DNA from: Polyangia bacterium
GTDB taxonomy: Bacteria; Myxococcota_A; Polyangia; Nannocystales; Nannocystaceae
Reading direction: 5' to 3'
DNA length: 64,000 bases
NCBI GenBank assembly: GCA_030430565.1
Contig: JAUIKS010000004.1
Coordinates: 333,992-397,991 of the forward strand
The position numbers were made by a program, and so were the translations under genes. Positions 46,117 to 56,998 of the stretch are shown here, piece by piece. A model generated the notes under the pieces. It saw only the letters and a program-made list of their open reading frames with translations, was not told where the DNA came from and did not search any database. Each line of letters begins with the position of its first letter. Within the stretch, counting starts at the first letter, position 1.

Positions 46117-47982
46117 TTACGGTGTTTTGGGGCTCTCGGGCCGTTTTGGGGGCGCGCTCTTGACCGGCGCCGTGATGTTCGCGCCGACCGCCCGCGACAG
46201 CTCGGCGGTCGCCACGTTGTGGAGGTAGAGCGCCTGAAAGTACTTAAACCGCCACTCAGCGTACTCTTTGAGCGCGTCGCCGAGCTTTTTGAAGTCGCCG
46301 CCGCCGACCGTCTCGCGGACCTGGAGCTGGACGACGATCTTGCGGGCCTTCTTGCTCGCCTGCGAGGTGAGATCGACATCACGTCGCACGCGCTGCAGCC
46401 GGCGGTAGGCGCGATCGACCTCGAGGGCGAGCAGGGCGTTGGCGGCGTCACGCCGGTGCTCGGCCGCCTTGCGCTCTGCGCGCGCCTTGCGGAGGTTCCA
46501 GGTGTAGTTGTGGAAGTCGAGCTTCCAGTTCATCCCGAGGGCCAAGAACAGCAGCGTGTAGTTGTAGTTGGGCGAGTAGTAGATCTCGCTCTTGACCTCG
46601 GGATCGGCCGCGCTCATGTAGGCGAACTTGCCGCTGATGATCACGCCGAGGTCGGGCAGGAAGCTCGAGCGAGCGAGGCGCTCGGCGGCGCGCCGCAGCT
46701 CGACGTTCTGCGTCGCCATGCCGGCCTCGGGGCGCTTTTGCGCCGACAGCTCGCGGTAGAAGGCGACGGGCCGCAGCCCGCCGTCGAGCTGGTCCTGCTC
46801 GAGCAGCGGCTCGCCGATGTCAAAGCCGGGCGGCGCGGTCTCGCCGGCCAGCGCCCACAGGGTCGAGAGACTGACGGACTCGATCTCGCGGGCCTCGAGC
46901 ATGCGCGCGGCGAGCTCGAGCTCGACCAGCTCGAGGCGCGTCAGATCGGCCGGGTCGCGGGAGGACTCGGCGTCGCCCCAGCCGTCGTCATCGTCGTCAT
47001 CGTCATCTCCGTCGGCGCCGCCGAGGTCCTTCTCGATGACGGCGCGGGCCTCGGTGGTCGCCTTCCAGATCTCCTCGAGCAGCGCGATGCTCTCGCGCGC
47101 GAGCAGCAGCGTCGCGTGGGCTTGGTACGTGCGCAGCACGGTCTCTTGGCGGATGCGCTCGCGGTCCAGCGTCCGCAGCGCGACGCCGGCCTCGGCCATG
47201 TTGCGCACGTTCTTGAGCTTGCCGAAGGTGTAGACCGGGATGACCATGTCGAAGCTGAAGCGCACGAGCACGCCCGCGCGCGGCAGCTGCCGGAGGTAGC
47301 CGGCGATTGTGTAGATGTCCTCTCCGCCAGGCGGACGGCAGAGCTGAAAGGTCTCGGTCGTCCCCTGCAGCGCGACGTCGTTGCACTCGATGTTGACGCC
47401 GGGCGCGAGCGCGAGCGTCGTCGAGACGCTGGGGACCCAGGCGAACTTGGCCCGCAGCAGCGTCTGCTGCATGGCCTCGAGCTCGGCGTCGGCGGCCTTC
47501 ACGTAGGGGTTTTGCAGCGCGTACTGCACGATCTGGTCGCGCGAGAGCTTCGGCGCGTCGGGCGGGCGCGGGCCGTAGCTGTCGTCGGGCGCCGCCGGGG
47601 GCATGTTGAACAGCTCGGCGCCGGGGACCTTGGAGCCGCTTGCGACCTCGGCGGCGACGCGCCGCGCCGCGCTGGGGCTGACCGTAGGCGCAGGCGCGGT
47701 CGCGGGCGCGGAGGAAGCGGGCGACGAGGTTGGTGACGAGGTCGGTGACGAAGTCGGTGAGGAAGTCGGTGAGGAGGTTGTGGCGGAGGCGTCGCTTGTC
47801 GGATCCTCCGCAGGTCCCTCCGCGCCGGGCGTTGGGGTCGCGGGCGCGAGCTGGACGCCGATCGGCCAAGGGCTCGCGCTCGCGCTGTCGACTTGGGCGA
47901 GCGCGCAGCAGAGCGCGAGGCCCACGGCGAAGGCTCGCCGCGCGGGTCCTCGTGTCGTCCGTCGCGCGCGGGGACCGTCCAC
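46117..47982 (-). CDS. TolC-like outer-membrane efflux protein with an N-terminal (TSSP)n linker
   Basis: Signal peptide, TSSPTSSPTSSPTSSP repeats, and two coiled-coil/beta-barrel halves typical of the OEP family. Confidence 0.55.
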   Translation of the reverse strand: MDGPRARRTTRGPARRAFAVGLALCCALAQVDSASASPWPIGVQLAPATPTPGAEGPAEDPTSDASATTSSPTSSPTSSPTSSPTSSPASSAPATAPAPTVSPSAARRVAAEVASGSKVPGAELFNMPPAAPDDSYGPRPPDAPKLSRDQIVQYALQNPYVKAADAELEAMQQTLLRAKFAWVPSVSTTLALAPGVNIECNDVALQGTTETFQLCRPPGGEDIYTIAGYLRQLPRAGVLVRFSFDMVIPVYTFGKLKNVRNMAEAGVALRTLDRERIRQETVLRTYQAHATLLLARESIALLEEIWKATTEARAVIEKDLGGADGDDDDDDDDGWGDAESSRDPADLTRLELVELELAARMLEAREIESVSLSTLWALAGETAPPGFDIGEPLLEQDQLDGGLRPVAFYRELSAQKRPEAGMATQNVELRRAAERLARSSFLPDLGVIISGKFAYMSAADPEVKSEIYYSPNYNYTLLFLALGMNWKLDFHNYTWNLRKARAERKAAEHRRDAANALLALEVDRAYRRLQRVRRDVDLTSQASKKARKIVVQLQVRETVGGGDFKKLGDALKEYAEWRFKYFQALYLHNVATAELSRAVGANITAPVKSAPPKRPESPKTP

Positions 47983-48003
47983 GAGATACCCCTACCGTGC
48001 TGC

Positions 48004-49113
48004 ATGATTCCGATCAAGGCTGCGATCGAGCGCCGCGATCGAGCGCTGCGCGTCAACGGGGTGACAGCGAGGGCGCGCGGCTGGTGCTCGCGGGCCGTAT
48101 GCGCCATGGTGTGGGGCGTGAGCGCGAATTCCGGAAGTTCTCCTGGCGGCGACGCGGCGGCGTCCGAGCGTGGCCTCCAGCACATCTTGCTCGACGACTC
48201 GCTGCCGCATCAGCGGCGCACGCTGCTGCGCCTGAGCGGGGCCGATGTCGCGCGCTTCCTGCAAGGCCTGCTGTCCGCCGACATCGAGGCGATCGCGGTT
48301 AGCCAGGCCCGGCCGGCGACCGTGCTCACGGTCAAGGGCAAGATCGTCTCGGAGCTGATCGTGCTGCGCGACGCGGGCGGCAAGCTGGGGCTCGTGGTCC
48401 CCAGCGAGATCGAGGAGGCGGTGGCGCAGAAGCTCGAGCGGCACGTGATCATGGATGACGTCGAGCTCGCGCTCGACCGCGCGCCGGGGCTCGCGCTCGT
48501 GTGGGGCGAGGGGCTGACGCGCGCGCAGGCGCCGAGCGAGTGCGGCGTGATGTTTGAGACCACGCACCCGGCCCCTGGGCTCCTGGTCGTCGGCGCCGCG
48601 GAGCAGCTGGCGAGGCTCTCGGCGTGGGCGCCCGCGGCGACGGCCGAGGACTTCACGCGGCACCGCGTCGCGACGGCGAGCCCGGCCTGGGGGCACGAGC
48701 TGCGGCCCGACCGGTTCCCGCCCGAGGTCGGCTTCGTGCACGCGGTCAGCTACGACAAGGGCTGCTACATGGGGCAGGAGCCGCTCTCGCGGATCCACGC
48801 GCGCGGACAGGTCAACCGCGTGATGGCGCGCGTCCGCGCCGAGGCGACGCCCGACGCGACGGAGGCGATCGAGCTGAGCGCGGAGAGCCGGGCGAAGGCT
48901 GGCCTTTGGACCACGTGGGTGAAGGCCGCCGACGGCGGCTGCGAGGGCCTGGCGATCGTCCACCGCAGCGTCGCGCGGCCGGGCGCCCAGCTCGTCGCCG
49001 CCGCGCCGGGTGGGTCGCTCGCGCTCACGGTGCGCTCGGGGCCGCTCGGCGACGACATCGGCATGGGCGGACGCCACGGGAAGTCGGCGACGGTGAAGCT
49101 CGGCCGCCGCTGA
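48004..49113 (+). CDS. ygfZ: YgfZ/GcvT-like folate-binding protein (Fe-S cluster repair / tRNA modification)
   Basis: Contains the YgfZ signature KGCYMGQE. Confidence 0.75.
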   Translation: MIPIKAAIERRDRALRVNGVTARARGWCSRAVCAMVWGVSANSGSSPGGDAAASERGLQHILLDDSLPHQRRTLLRLSGADVARFLQGLLSADIEAIAVSQARPATVLTVKGKIVSELIVLRDAGGKLGLVVPSEIEEAVAQKLERHVIMDDVELALDRAPGLALVWGEGLTRAQAPSECGVMFETTHPAPGLLVVGAAEQLARLSAWAPAATAEDFTRHRVATASPAWGHELRPDRFPPEVGFVHAVSYDKGCYMGQEPLSRIHARGQVNRVMARVRAEATPDATEAIELSAESRAKAGLWTTWVKAADGGCEGLAIVHRSVARPGAQLVAAAPGGSLALTVRSGPLGDDIGMGGRHGKSATVKLGRR

Positions 49114-49156
49114 GCGAGCGCGAGGGCGCGTCGGCCCGGCGGTATACTCGCGCGTC

Positions 49157-52100
49157 GTGAGCGGGGCCGGCACTCTTGGCGAGCAACAGCCCGTCGCGGC
49201 GACCCAGCGCGGCTGCCCCACGGAGAACGAGCTCGTGGAGTTCCTCGAGGGCGCGCTGGCCGCCTCGCCGCTGCGGGTCCAGCGGATCGAGGACCACCTC
49301 GACGCCTGCCTGGAGTGCAGCGAGCTGGTCGGGGTGATGCTCGGCGCGGCGGGCTCGAGGACGTCGCGGGGGGAGCACGGCGCCGGGTCGCCCGCGAGCG
49401 ACGCGTTCGCCGAGACCCTCGCGAGCGATGGCCCAGCGCGGCTGCAGGGGACGCTCGGGCCGGGCGCGCGCCTGGGTCGCTACCTCATCATCGAGCGGGT
49501 CGGCGCCGGCGGGATGGGCGTCGTGTACGCCGGCTACGATCCGGAGCTCGACCGCAAGATCGCGCTCAAGCTCGTGCGCGTCCCGGTCGACGCGAGCCCC
49601 GACGCGGTCGCGGTCGAGCGCGCGCGGCTGCTGAACGAGGCGCGCGCGCTCGCCCGGCTGCGGCACCCCAACGTGATCGTCGTGCACGACGTCGGGACCG
49701 ACGCCTCCGGCGACGTCTACGTGGCGATGGAGTTCATGGACGGCCAGACGCTCGACGCGTGGATGTCCGATGAGGCACGTACCCAGCGCGAGCTCGTCGA
49801 GGTGTTCTCGGCGGCCGGCCGGGGGCTCGCGGCCGCGCACGCGGAGGGCCTCGTGCACCGCGACTTCAAGCCCGGGAACGTGATGCTCGATCGACGCGGC
49901 GTGGCGCGGGTCCTCGACTTCGGGCTCGCGCGACCGCTGGACCCCGGGGGCGGGGGCGGGGGCGAGGCGACGGGGGCGCGCGCGCCCGGGCTCCCGCGGT
50001 CGCCTGGCCTCGACCTGACGACCCCGATCACGCGGACCGGCGCGCTCGTCGGCACGCCAGCCTACATGTCCCCAGAGCAATTCGCGGGGCGCCCCGCGGA
50101 CGCGCGCAGCGATCAATTCTCGTTCTGCGTCGCGCTCTACGAGGGGCTCTACGGCGAGCGGCCGTTCGCGGCCGCGAGCATGGCGGAGTTGATGCTCGCG
50201 GTGGTCGAGGGCCGCGTGCGCCCGCCCTCCGCGAGCCCGCGGACGCGCGTGCGCCCGTGGCTGCGCGCGGTCCTGCTCCGCGGGCTCGCGACCGACCCCG
50301 CGGCGCGCTGGCCGTCGATGCCGGCGCTGCTCGAGGCGCTCGCGCGCGACCCGGTGCAGCGCCGGCGACGGATCGTCGGGGTCACGGCGGCGCTCGCCGG
50401 CGTCACGATCGCCGGCGCGTTCGCGTGGGCGCGGCTCCAGGGCGACGCGGCGTGTGAGGGCGGCGAGGAGCGCGTGGCGACGGTCTGGAGCGCGGACCGG
50501 CGCGCGCGGATCGGGGCCGGCTTCGCGGGCGTCGGCGCGGGGGAGGGCGCCGCGATCTGGGACGAGGTCGCGCGTCAGCTCGATGTTTACGCGGCGCGCT
50601 GGGCCGCCGCCTACACCGAACTCTGCCGCGCGACCCGGGTGCGGGGGGAGCGGTCAGAGCTGCTGCTCGACCGCGGTATGCAGTGCCTGTCCCGAAGGAC
50701 CGCCCGGATCGACGCGCTCCTCGAGGTCTTCGAGGATGTCGACCCCGGCGTGATTTCGAACGCCCGGACCGCGGTCCGTGGGCTCGCGCCGATCGAGCCG
50801 TGCCTCGACCGCGACGCGCTGCTCGCCGAGCTGCCGCCGCCGGAGGATCCGGAGACCGCCCGCCGCGTCACGGCGCTGCGCGAGCGCGTCGAGCGGGGGC
50901 ACGCCTTCGAGGCGGCCGGCAAGTACACCGAGGGGATCGAGCACGCCTGGGACACCGTCGACGCGGCCATGGAGCTCGACTACGCCCCGGCGCAGGCCGA
51001 GGCGCTCGTGCGCCTCGGCGCGCTGCTCAACCGCGGGGCGCAGTTTCGGGAGGCGGTCGAGCCCTTGGAGACGGCGTACTTCACCGCGCTGCGGGTCGGG
51101 CACACCCGCGCCGCCGCCGAGGCCGCGAACACGCTGATCTACGTCATGGGCGTCCCGCTCCGCGAGTTCGAGGCAAGCGAGCGCTGGATCGACCACGCCG
51201 AGGCGCTCGTGCTCCGCAGCGGCGACACGCTGCTGGAGGGCAACTTTCACAACATCGTCGGCGCGCTCGAGCTGACCCGGGGCGATCACGATCGCGCCAT
51301 CGGCCAGCTGCGCTTGGGGCTCGAGCTGCGGGCAGCGGCGCTCGGCGACGACCACCCCGCGCTGGCGAGCTCGCTGAGCAACATCGGGATGGTCCTCGTG
51401 GGGCACCGCGAGTTCGACGAGGCGCTCGCGGCGTTTGAGCGCGCGCTCGCGATCCGCGAGACCCACTACGGCCCCGACCACCCGGCGGTCGCGCGGGTGC
51501 TCGAGTCGCTCGGCGGCGTCCAGGTGCGTCTGGGGGAGTATGACGTCGCGCGCGTGACCTACGAGCGCGTGCTCGCGATCCGCGAGCGGACCGGAGCCGG
51601 GACCCTGCACCACGCGCGCGCGCACCTCGGGATCGCCGGGCTGTACCTGAACACGGAGGAGTACGCGCGGCTCGAGGAGCACGCGCGGCGCAGCATCTCT
51701 ATCTACGAGCAGCACGGCCTCGGTCACTCCCCGCTCGCGGTCTACTACCTCGGCGTCGGGCTCCAGGGCCTGGGGCGCGAGGCGGAGGCCGTGGCCGCGT
51801 TCGAGCGGGCGCGGGACGAGATGAAGCGCGGTCGGGGCGACGTGTTTTCGAACCTCCATCTCCCCGTCGCAACGCTGGGCGCCATCGCGTACAAGCGCGG
51901 CGATCTGCACGAGGCGCGCGCGCTGTATCTCGAGGCGCTCACGAGCCTCGAGGCGCTGCAGACGCCCAACCCGATCAGCGTCGCGTCGTCGCTGTCGCAG
52001 CTCGCCCGGATCGAGTCATTGCTTGGCGAGCACGAGCGCGCGCGCGACTACGCCGAGCGGGCGCTCATCGCCGTCGCGGAGCATCAGCTCGGCCCGCGCC

Positions 52101-52273
52101 ATCAGTCGCGCGTTGACTACACCCTCGCGCAGGTGCTGTTGCGGGCGGGTGAGGCGCCCGCGCTGAGCCGGGCGCGCGCGCGCGCGGCCTATGACGTGAT
52201 CGAGGACCGCGTCGACCTCGCCGAGCACAAGCTCAACCTCGACGGCTGGGTCGGATCCTTCGTAGCGCCCTGA
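49157..52273 (+). CDS. Serine/threonine protein kinase with an N-terminal zinc-finger (anti-sigma-like CxxC...CxxC) motif and C-terminal TPR repeats
   Basis: CPTENELVEFLEG...HLDACLECSE at the N-terminus. Hanks motifs GAGGMGVVYAG, ALKLV, HRDFKPGNVML, DFGLAR, GTPAYMSPEQ. About 500 aa of TPR-like repeats follow. Confidence 0.8.
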   Translation: MSGAGTLGEQQPVAATQRGCPTENELVEFLEGALAASPLRVQRIEDHLDACLECSELVGVMLGAAGSRTSRGEHGAGSPASDAFAETLASDGPARLQGTLGPGARLGRYLIIERVGAGGMGVVYAGYDPELDRKIALKLVRVPVDASPDAVAVERARLLNEARALARLRHPNVIVVHDVGTDASGDVYVAMEFMDGQTLDAWMSDEARTQRELVEVFSAAGRGLAAAHAEGLVHRDFKPGNVMLDRRGVARVLDFGLARPLDPGGGGGGEATGARAPGLPRSPGLDLTTPITRTGALVGTPAYMSPEQFAGRPADARSDQFSFCVALYEGLYGERPFAAASMAELMLAVVEGRVRPPSASPRTRVRPWLRAVLLRGLATDPAARWPSMPALLEALARDPVQRRRRIVGVTAALAGVTIAGAFAWARLQGDAACEGGEERVATVWSADRRARIGAGFAGVGAGEGAAIWDEVARQLDVYAARWAAAYTELCRATRVRGERSELLLDRGMQCLSRRTARIDALLEVFEDVDPGVISNARTAVRGLAPIEPCLDRDALLAELPPPEDPETARRVTALRERVERGHAFEAAGKYTEGIEHAWDTVDAAMELDYAPAQAEALVRLGALLNRGAQFREAVEPLETAYFTALRVGHTRAAAEAANTLIYVMGVPLREFEASERWIDHAEALVLRSGDTLLEGNFHNIVGALELTRGDHDRAIGQLRLGLELRAAALGDDHPALASSLSNIGMVLVGHREFDEALAAFERALAIRETHYGPDHPAVARVLESLGGVQVRLGEYDVARVTYERVLAIRERTGAGTLHHARAHLGIAGLYLNTEEYARLEEHARRSISIYEQHGLGHSPLAVYYLGVGLQGLGREAEAVAAFERARDEMKRGRGDVFSNLHLPVATLGAIAYKRGDLHEARALYLEALTSLEALQTPNPISVASSLSQLARIESLLGEHERARDYAERALIAVAEHQLGPRHQSRVDYTLAQVLLRAGEAPALSRARARAAYDVIEDRVDLAEHKLNLDGWVGSFVAP

Positions 52274-52281
52274 ACGATCGG

Positions 52282-52620
52282 GCTAGTCGGACCACGGCGT
52301 CGGCTCGCGGTAGTCGTTGAGCGCCACGCCGGTCCGGGCCGCGCGCTGGATCAGCTCCTCCACGTCCACGCCGGCGCGTCGACGACGAGCTCGCGCAGCG
52401 CGGGGAGCTCCGCCAGGCACGCGGGGAGCGCGAGCGCCTCGCCCCACACTTGGTGAAGCGAGAGGCGCTCGAGCCGGCGCATCCGCGCCAGGCTCTCGGG
52501 GATCGCGTAGATCCCCTGACCCATCGCGCGGTGGACTCGGAGCGCGCGAACCGTCGCGGGGTCACCGACCTGCTCCTCGAGGCAGTGACCGCCGTCCACC
52601 GAGACGTCGCGCAGCTCCAT
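52282..52620 (-). pseudogene. Small LRR-like ORF, possibly frameshifted near its 3' end
   Basis: The 52351-52620 frame gives LERLSLHQVWGEALALPACLAELPALRELVV, which is LRR-like. The minus-1 frame continues VDVEELIQRAARTGVALNDYREPTPWSD to a stop at about 52283. Confidence 0.25.
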
Positions 52621-52666
52621 CGCCCGCGATCCTAGCCTATCAGGCAGGCGGGCGGGCGCTCCCCGA

Positions 52667-54472
52667 TCAGTTACAGAGCGTGAAGTTCTCGCTGATGTAG
52701 TAGCCCGGCACGTCCGGGTTGGCCTGCGCCGGATCGTCGGGATCGATCCCCGGGTCGCTCACCTTGTCCATGTCGGGGATCGTGTCGTCGACCATGACGA
52801 CGTTCTGCATCATCCCCAGATCCTCGTGCGTGATGATGTGGCAGTGGAGCACGATCTGGCCCACGAAGTCGTCGATGCGCATGCGGAAGGTGATCGAGCC
52901 GTTGCCCGGGACCTCGATCACGTCGCGCCACTCGGGCGGGTTGAGCGCTTGGCCGTTGCGCTCGATCACCTGGAAGGCGTTCGTGTGGATGTGGAAGGGG
53001 TGCGGGATCATGCTCGTGTTGTTGACGGTCCACTCCACGAGGTCGCCGCGCTGCAGCACGTGGTTCATGCAGCCGTGCTGGAACGACTCGCCGTCGATCT
53101 TGAAGCCGTTGATCCCCGGCTCGACCGAGAAGGTCGTCGTGCGCGTGTCGTCGGGGGTCTCGTCGGTGGTGTCCGGCAGGATGTAGTCCGGCGTCGGCAG
53201 CTCGGTCGGCAGCGCCATGTCCATCGGCTCTCCCTCGACGACGACGGTCGCCAGCACCACGTCCTCGGGCGGCATCATCGGCGCGCCGGGGAGCGGCGCG
53301 GTCAGGTGGTAGGTCCCGGCCTCGCCCGCCTTGATGAGCAGGTCGGTGCGGTTGCCCGGCGCCATGTTGAAGGACTGGATCTGGCGCACGCTGTCGAAGG
53401 TCACGCCGTCGATCGCGATCTGGTGCAGGTCGTGGCCCTCCAGCTCTAGCTCGAGGAATTCGCCGAGCGTTCCGTTGCCCAGGCGCCAGCGCTGGACCTC
53501 GCCGGGTCGCATGCGGATGATCGGGTTCACCGTGCCGTTGATCGCCAGGTAGGTCTCGTCGAAGGCGAAGATGTCCGGCGGCGCCATGGGGTTCGGGTTG
53601 GGATCGGGGACCTCGCCCGAGGCGTCGATCCCGATCTCCTGGAACATCAGCAGGCGCTCCGTCGCGGCCGCGATCTCGGGGACCTCGTCGACGTCGCCCT
53701 CGACGATGAGGAAGCCGGTCATGCCGCTGTAGAACTGGACCGCGTTCGCGCCGTGCTTGTGGCCGTGATACCAGTGCGTCCCCGGGTTGTGGTTGCTGGG
53801 GATGTCGATCACCACCGCGTCGGTCGACTGCGGCACGATCTCACGGATGACGTTGTCGGCCGGCCCGGTCGGGTTGACGTGCAGCCCGTGGGTGTGGAAG
53901 TTGGTCGAGTTGATCCGGTGGGGCAGGTTGTGGTTCGTGATCGGAACGTCCGCGTCGCCGTTCTCCGGCAGGCTGTTGATGAACTCGAGGTCGATCATGT
54001 CGCCCGCGCTCATCCGCAGGGTCGGGCCCGGGATCCCGCCGTTGTACGTCCGCGTGTAGATGTCGCGCGTCGTGTACTCCTCGTCCTCGCTGTGGATGAT
54101 CAGCTGGTTGTCGGCGTAGAGGACCTCGATCGTCCCCGAGACCACGCCGCCCTCCGCGACGAGCTCGTCGGGCTGGTTGAGGTCCACGGGGCTGTCGGCG
54201 TCGCCGTCGCCGTCGCCATCACCGTCGCCGTCGCCATCACCGTCACCGTCGCCGTCGCCGTCACCGTCACCGTCGCCGTCACCATCACCGTCGCCGTCGC
54301 CGTCGCCCGCGGGCCCGGCCGTCGTCATGTCCGACGCCGCGGTCGTCGACGTGGAGGTCGTGTCGTCCGTGTCGCTGCTCTCGCCGTCCGAGTCGCCGCA
54401 GGCCGCGAGCGCGAGCGCGCAGGGAAACAACATCACCAGGGGAAAAAAATTACGAAGTCTCAACGTTCTCAT
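52667..54472 (-). CDS. Multicopper oxidase (laccase/CueO-like) lipoprotein with an N-terminal (GD)n linker
   Basis: Copper-binding motifs HTHGLHV, WYHGHKHG and HCHIITHEDLGMM. Lipobox LAAC. About 20 GD dipeptides. Confidence 0.85.
   Translation of the reverse strand: MRTLRLRNFFPLVMLFPCALALAACGDSDGESSDTDDTTSTSTTAASDMTTAGPAGDGDGDGDGDGDGDGDGDGDGDGDGDGDGDGDGDGDADSPVDLNQPDELVAEGGVVSGTIEVLYADNQLIIHSEDEEYTTRDIYTRTYNGGIPGPTLRMSAGDMIDLEFINSLPENGDADVPITNHNLPHRINSTNFHTHGLHVNPTGPADNVIREIVPQSTDAVVIDIPSNHNPGTHWYHGHKHGANAVQFYSGMTGFLIVEGDVDEVPEIAAATERLLMFQEIGIDASGEVPDPNPNPMAPPDIFAFDETYLAINGTVNPIIRMRPGEVQRWRLGNGTLGEFLELELEGHDLHQIAIDGVTFDSVRQIQSFNMAPGNRTDLLIKAGEAGTYHLTAPLPGAPMMPPEDVVLATVVVEGEPMDMALPTELPTPDYILPDTTDETPDDTRTTTFSVEPGINGFKIDGESFQHGCMNHVLQRGDLVEWTVNNTSMIPHPFHIHTNAFQVIERNGQALNPPEWRDVIEVPGNGSITFRMRIDDFVGQIVLHCHIITHEDLGMMQNVVMVDDTIPDMDKVSDPGIDPDDPAQANPDVPGYYISENFTLCN
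54196..54307. repeat. Hexanucleotide (GTCGCC/GTCACC/ATCACC)n repeat encoding (GD)n
   Basis: The tandem hexamers are visible in the sequence. Confidence 0.8.
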
Positions 54473-54539
54473 CACAAGCACCTCAGACAGGTCCACCGTC
54501 TGAATGCGCTCGCGCGCTGTTTCTATTCAGCGCAGAGAG

Positions 54540-54568
54540 AATAACGTTGTGTCTTTTAAGACACGTTA
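54540..54568. promoter_or_regulatory. AT-rich near-palindrome between hpnE and the multicopper oxidase gene (candidate operator or bidirectional hairpin)
   Basis: The sequence is ATAACGTTGTGTCTTTTAAGACACGTTAT. It is a low-GC island in a region of about 70% GC. Confidence 0.3.
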
Positions 54569-54619
54569 TGAAACCGCGCCGACGGGGGCCGGCCGCGGGG
54601 TCGCGCCCGCGCGCCGCCG

Positions 54620-55957
54620 TCAGCGCGTCGCGTCCTCGAGGATCGCGGCGGCGACCTGGTGCCCGCTCTGGACCGCGGACTCGATGGTCGCCGGCAGCCC
54701 GGTGCGGACCCAGTCGCCGGCGAGGTACAGCCCGAGCAGCGGGCTGCGGATGTCGGGGCGCCACTGGTAGGTCCCGGCGGCGTGCGAGATGGTGGCGCGC
54801 TTCTCCTTGATCACGCGGAAGCGCCGGATCGTCACGGGCCGCTGCGGGAAGTAGCGCTCGAGCTCGCTGAGCAGCAGCTGGCGCAGCGCCGCCGGGGTGT
54901 CCTCGACGCAGCCGCGCGCGCCGGAGATGGTGCAGTTGAGCAGCACGGGGTCGCGCGGGGAGGCGCGCTCGATGACGCTGCGGTCGAACAGCCAGTGCAG
55001 CGGGCTGCTGACGAGGCCGATCATCTCGGCGCCGCCGAGCGGCGAGCGGTCGACCTCGCACCAGAGGTTGACGATCGGCGAGGTCTTGAGCCGCCGGACG
55101 TCCTGAAACACCGGGTCGTCGGCGAGCGGGTCGGGCAGCAGGTCGAGCAGCGCGCGCGGCGGGACGGCGGTGACGACGGCGTCGGCGGCGATCGTCTCGC
55201 CCGACTTGAGCACGACCTCGCCGGCGCGCCCGCGCGCGCTGGTGATCGCGCGCGCGGCCTCGCCGAAGCGCAGCTCGCCGCCGCGGGCGCGCACGTAGTC
55301 GCTCGCGGCCTCGACGTAGAGCTCGCTGAGCGGCACGCAGGGGACGCCGAGGCGCGAGTCGTCGCGCGTGCCCATGAACGCGCGCTCGAGCACGGCCATG
55401 AACATCGCGGCCGAGCACACCAGCGGGTCGTCGTTGAGCACGGCCCAGATCAGCGGCTCCCAAAACGCGTTGCGGATCGCGGGCGTCTGCCCCATGCGCG
55501 TGAGCCAGGCGTCGCAGGTCTCGTTGTCGTCGGGTCTGCGGACCTCGCCGCTGAGCACCAAGCCGGCCCGCAGCGCGGAGGCTTTATGCAGCACGCCGAT
55601 GCCCCGCATGGTCAGCAAGCCGGTGACGAGGTGCATCGGCGCGGGCAGGGCCGGGCAGCTGAGCTTTACGCGGCGCCCGCCGGGCTTGACCATCTGGATG
55701 GCGAGGTTCTGCTGAAAGCGGACGCCGGCGGTGGTGCCCAGGGTACGCAGGAACGCGAGCGTCTCGCGGTAGCAGCCCATCATCAGGTGCTGGCCGTTGT
55801 CGAGCGCGCGCCCGAACGAGCTGTCGGGGTAGGAGCGCGTCCGGCCGCCGCCGCGCTTGGTGGCCTCGAGGACCGTGACGCGGCGCCCGGCGCCGGCCAG
55901 GCGCACCGCGCACGACAGACCGGCGAGTCCGCCTCCGATGATCACGACACGTCGCAC
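54620..55957 (-). CDS. hpnE: Hydroxysqualene dehydroxylase (squalene-associated FAD-dependent desaturase)
   Basis: N-terminus reads MRRVVIIGGGLAGLSCAVRLA. It is an amine-oxidase-fold protein immediately downstream of the hpnC-hpnD pair. Confidence 0.75.
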   Translation of the reverse strand: MRRVVIIGGGLAGLSCAVRLAGAGRRVTVLEATKRGGGRTRSYPDSSFGRALDNGQHLMMGCYRETLAFLRTLGTTAGVRFQQNLAIQMVKPGGRRVKLSCPALPAPMHLVTGLLTMRGIGVLHKASALRAGLVLSGEVRRPDDNETCDAWLTRMGQTPAIRNAFWEPLIWAVLNDDPLVCSAAMFMAVLERAFMGTRDDSRLGVPCVPLSELYVEAASDYVRARGGELRFGEAARAITSARGRAGEVVLKSGETIAADAVVTAVPPRALLDLLPDPLADDPVFQDVRRLKTSPIVNLWCEVDRSPLGGAEMIGLVSSPLHWLFDRSVIERASPRDPVLLNCTISGARGCVEDTPAALRQLLLSELERYFPQRPVTIRRFRVIKEKRATISHAAGTYQWRPDIRSPLLGLYLAGDWVRTGLPATIESAVQSGHQVAAAILEDATR

Positions 55958-55997
55958 GATGGGCTCTGCTTCCTTGCAGGCGGGTTCACGACGCGCG

Positions 55998-56945
<948 letters not shown>

Positions 56946-56998
56946 GCGCGCGGGAGTGTGCGGGGTGCGGAGTGCGGGGGGAGCGGGGTGCGGGAGGG

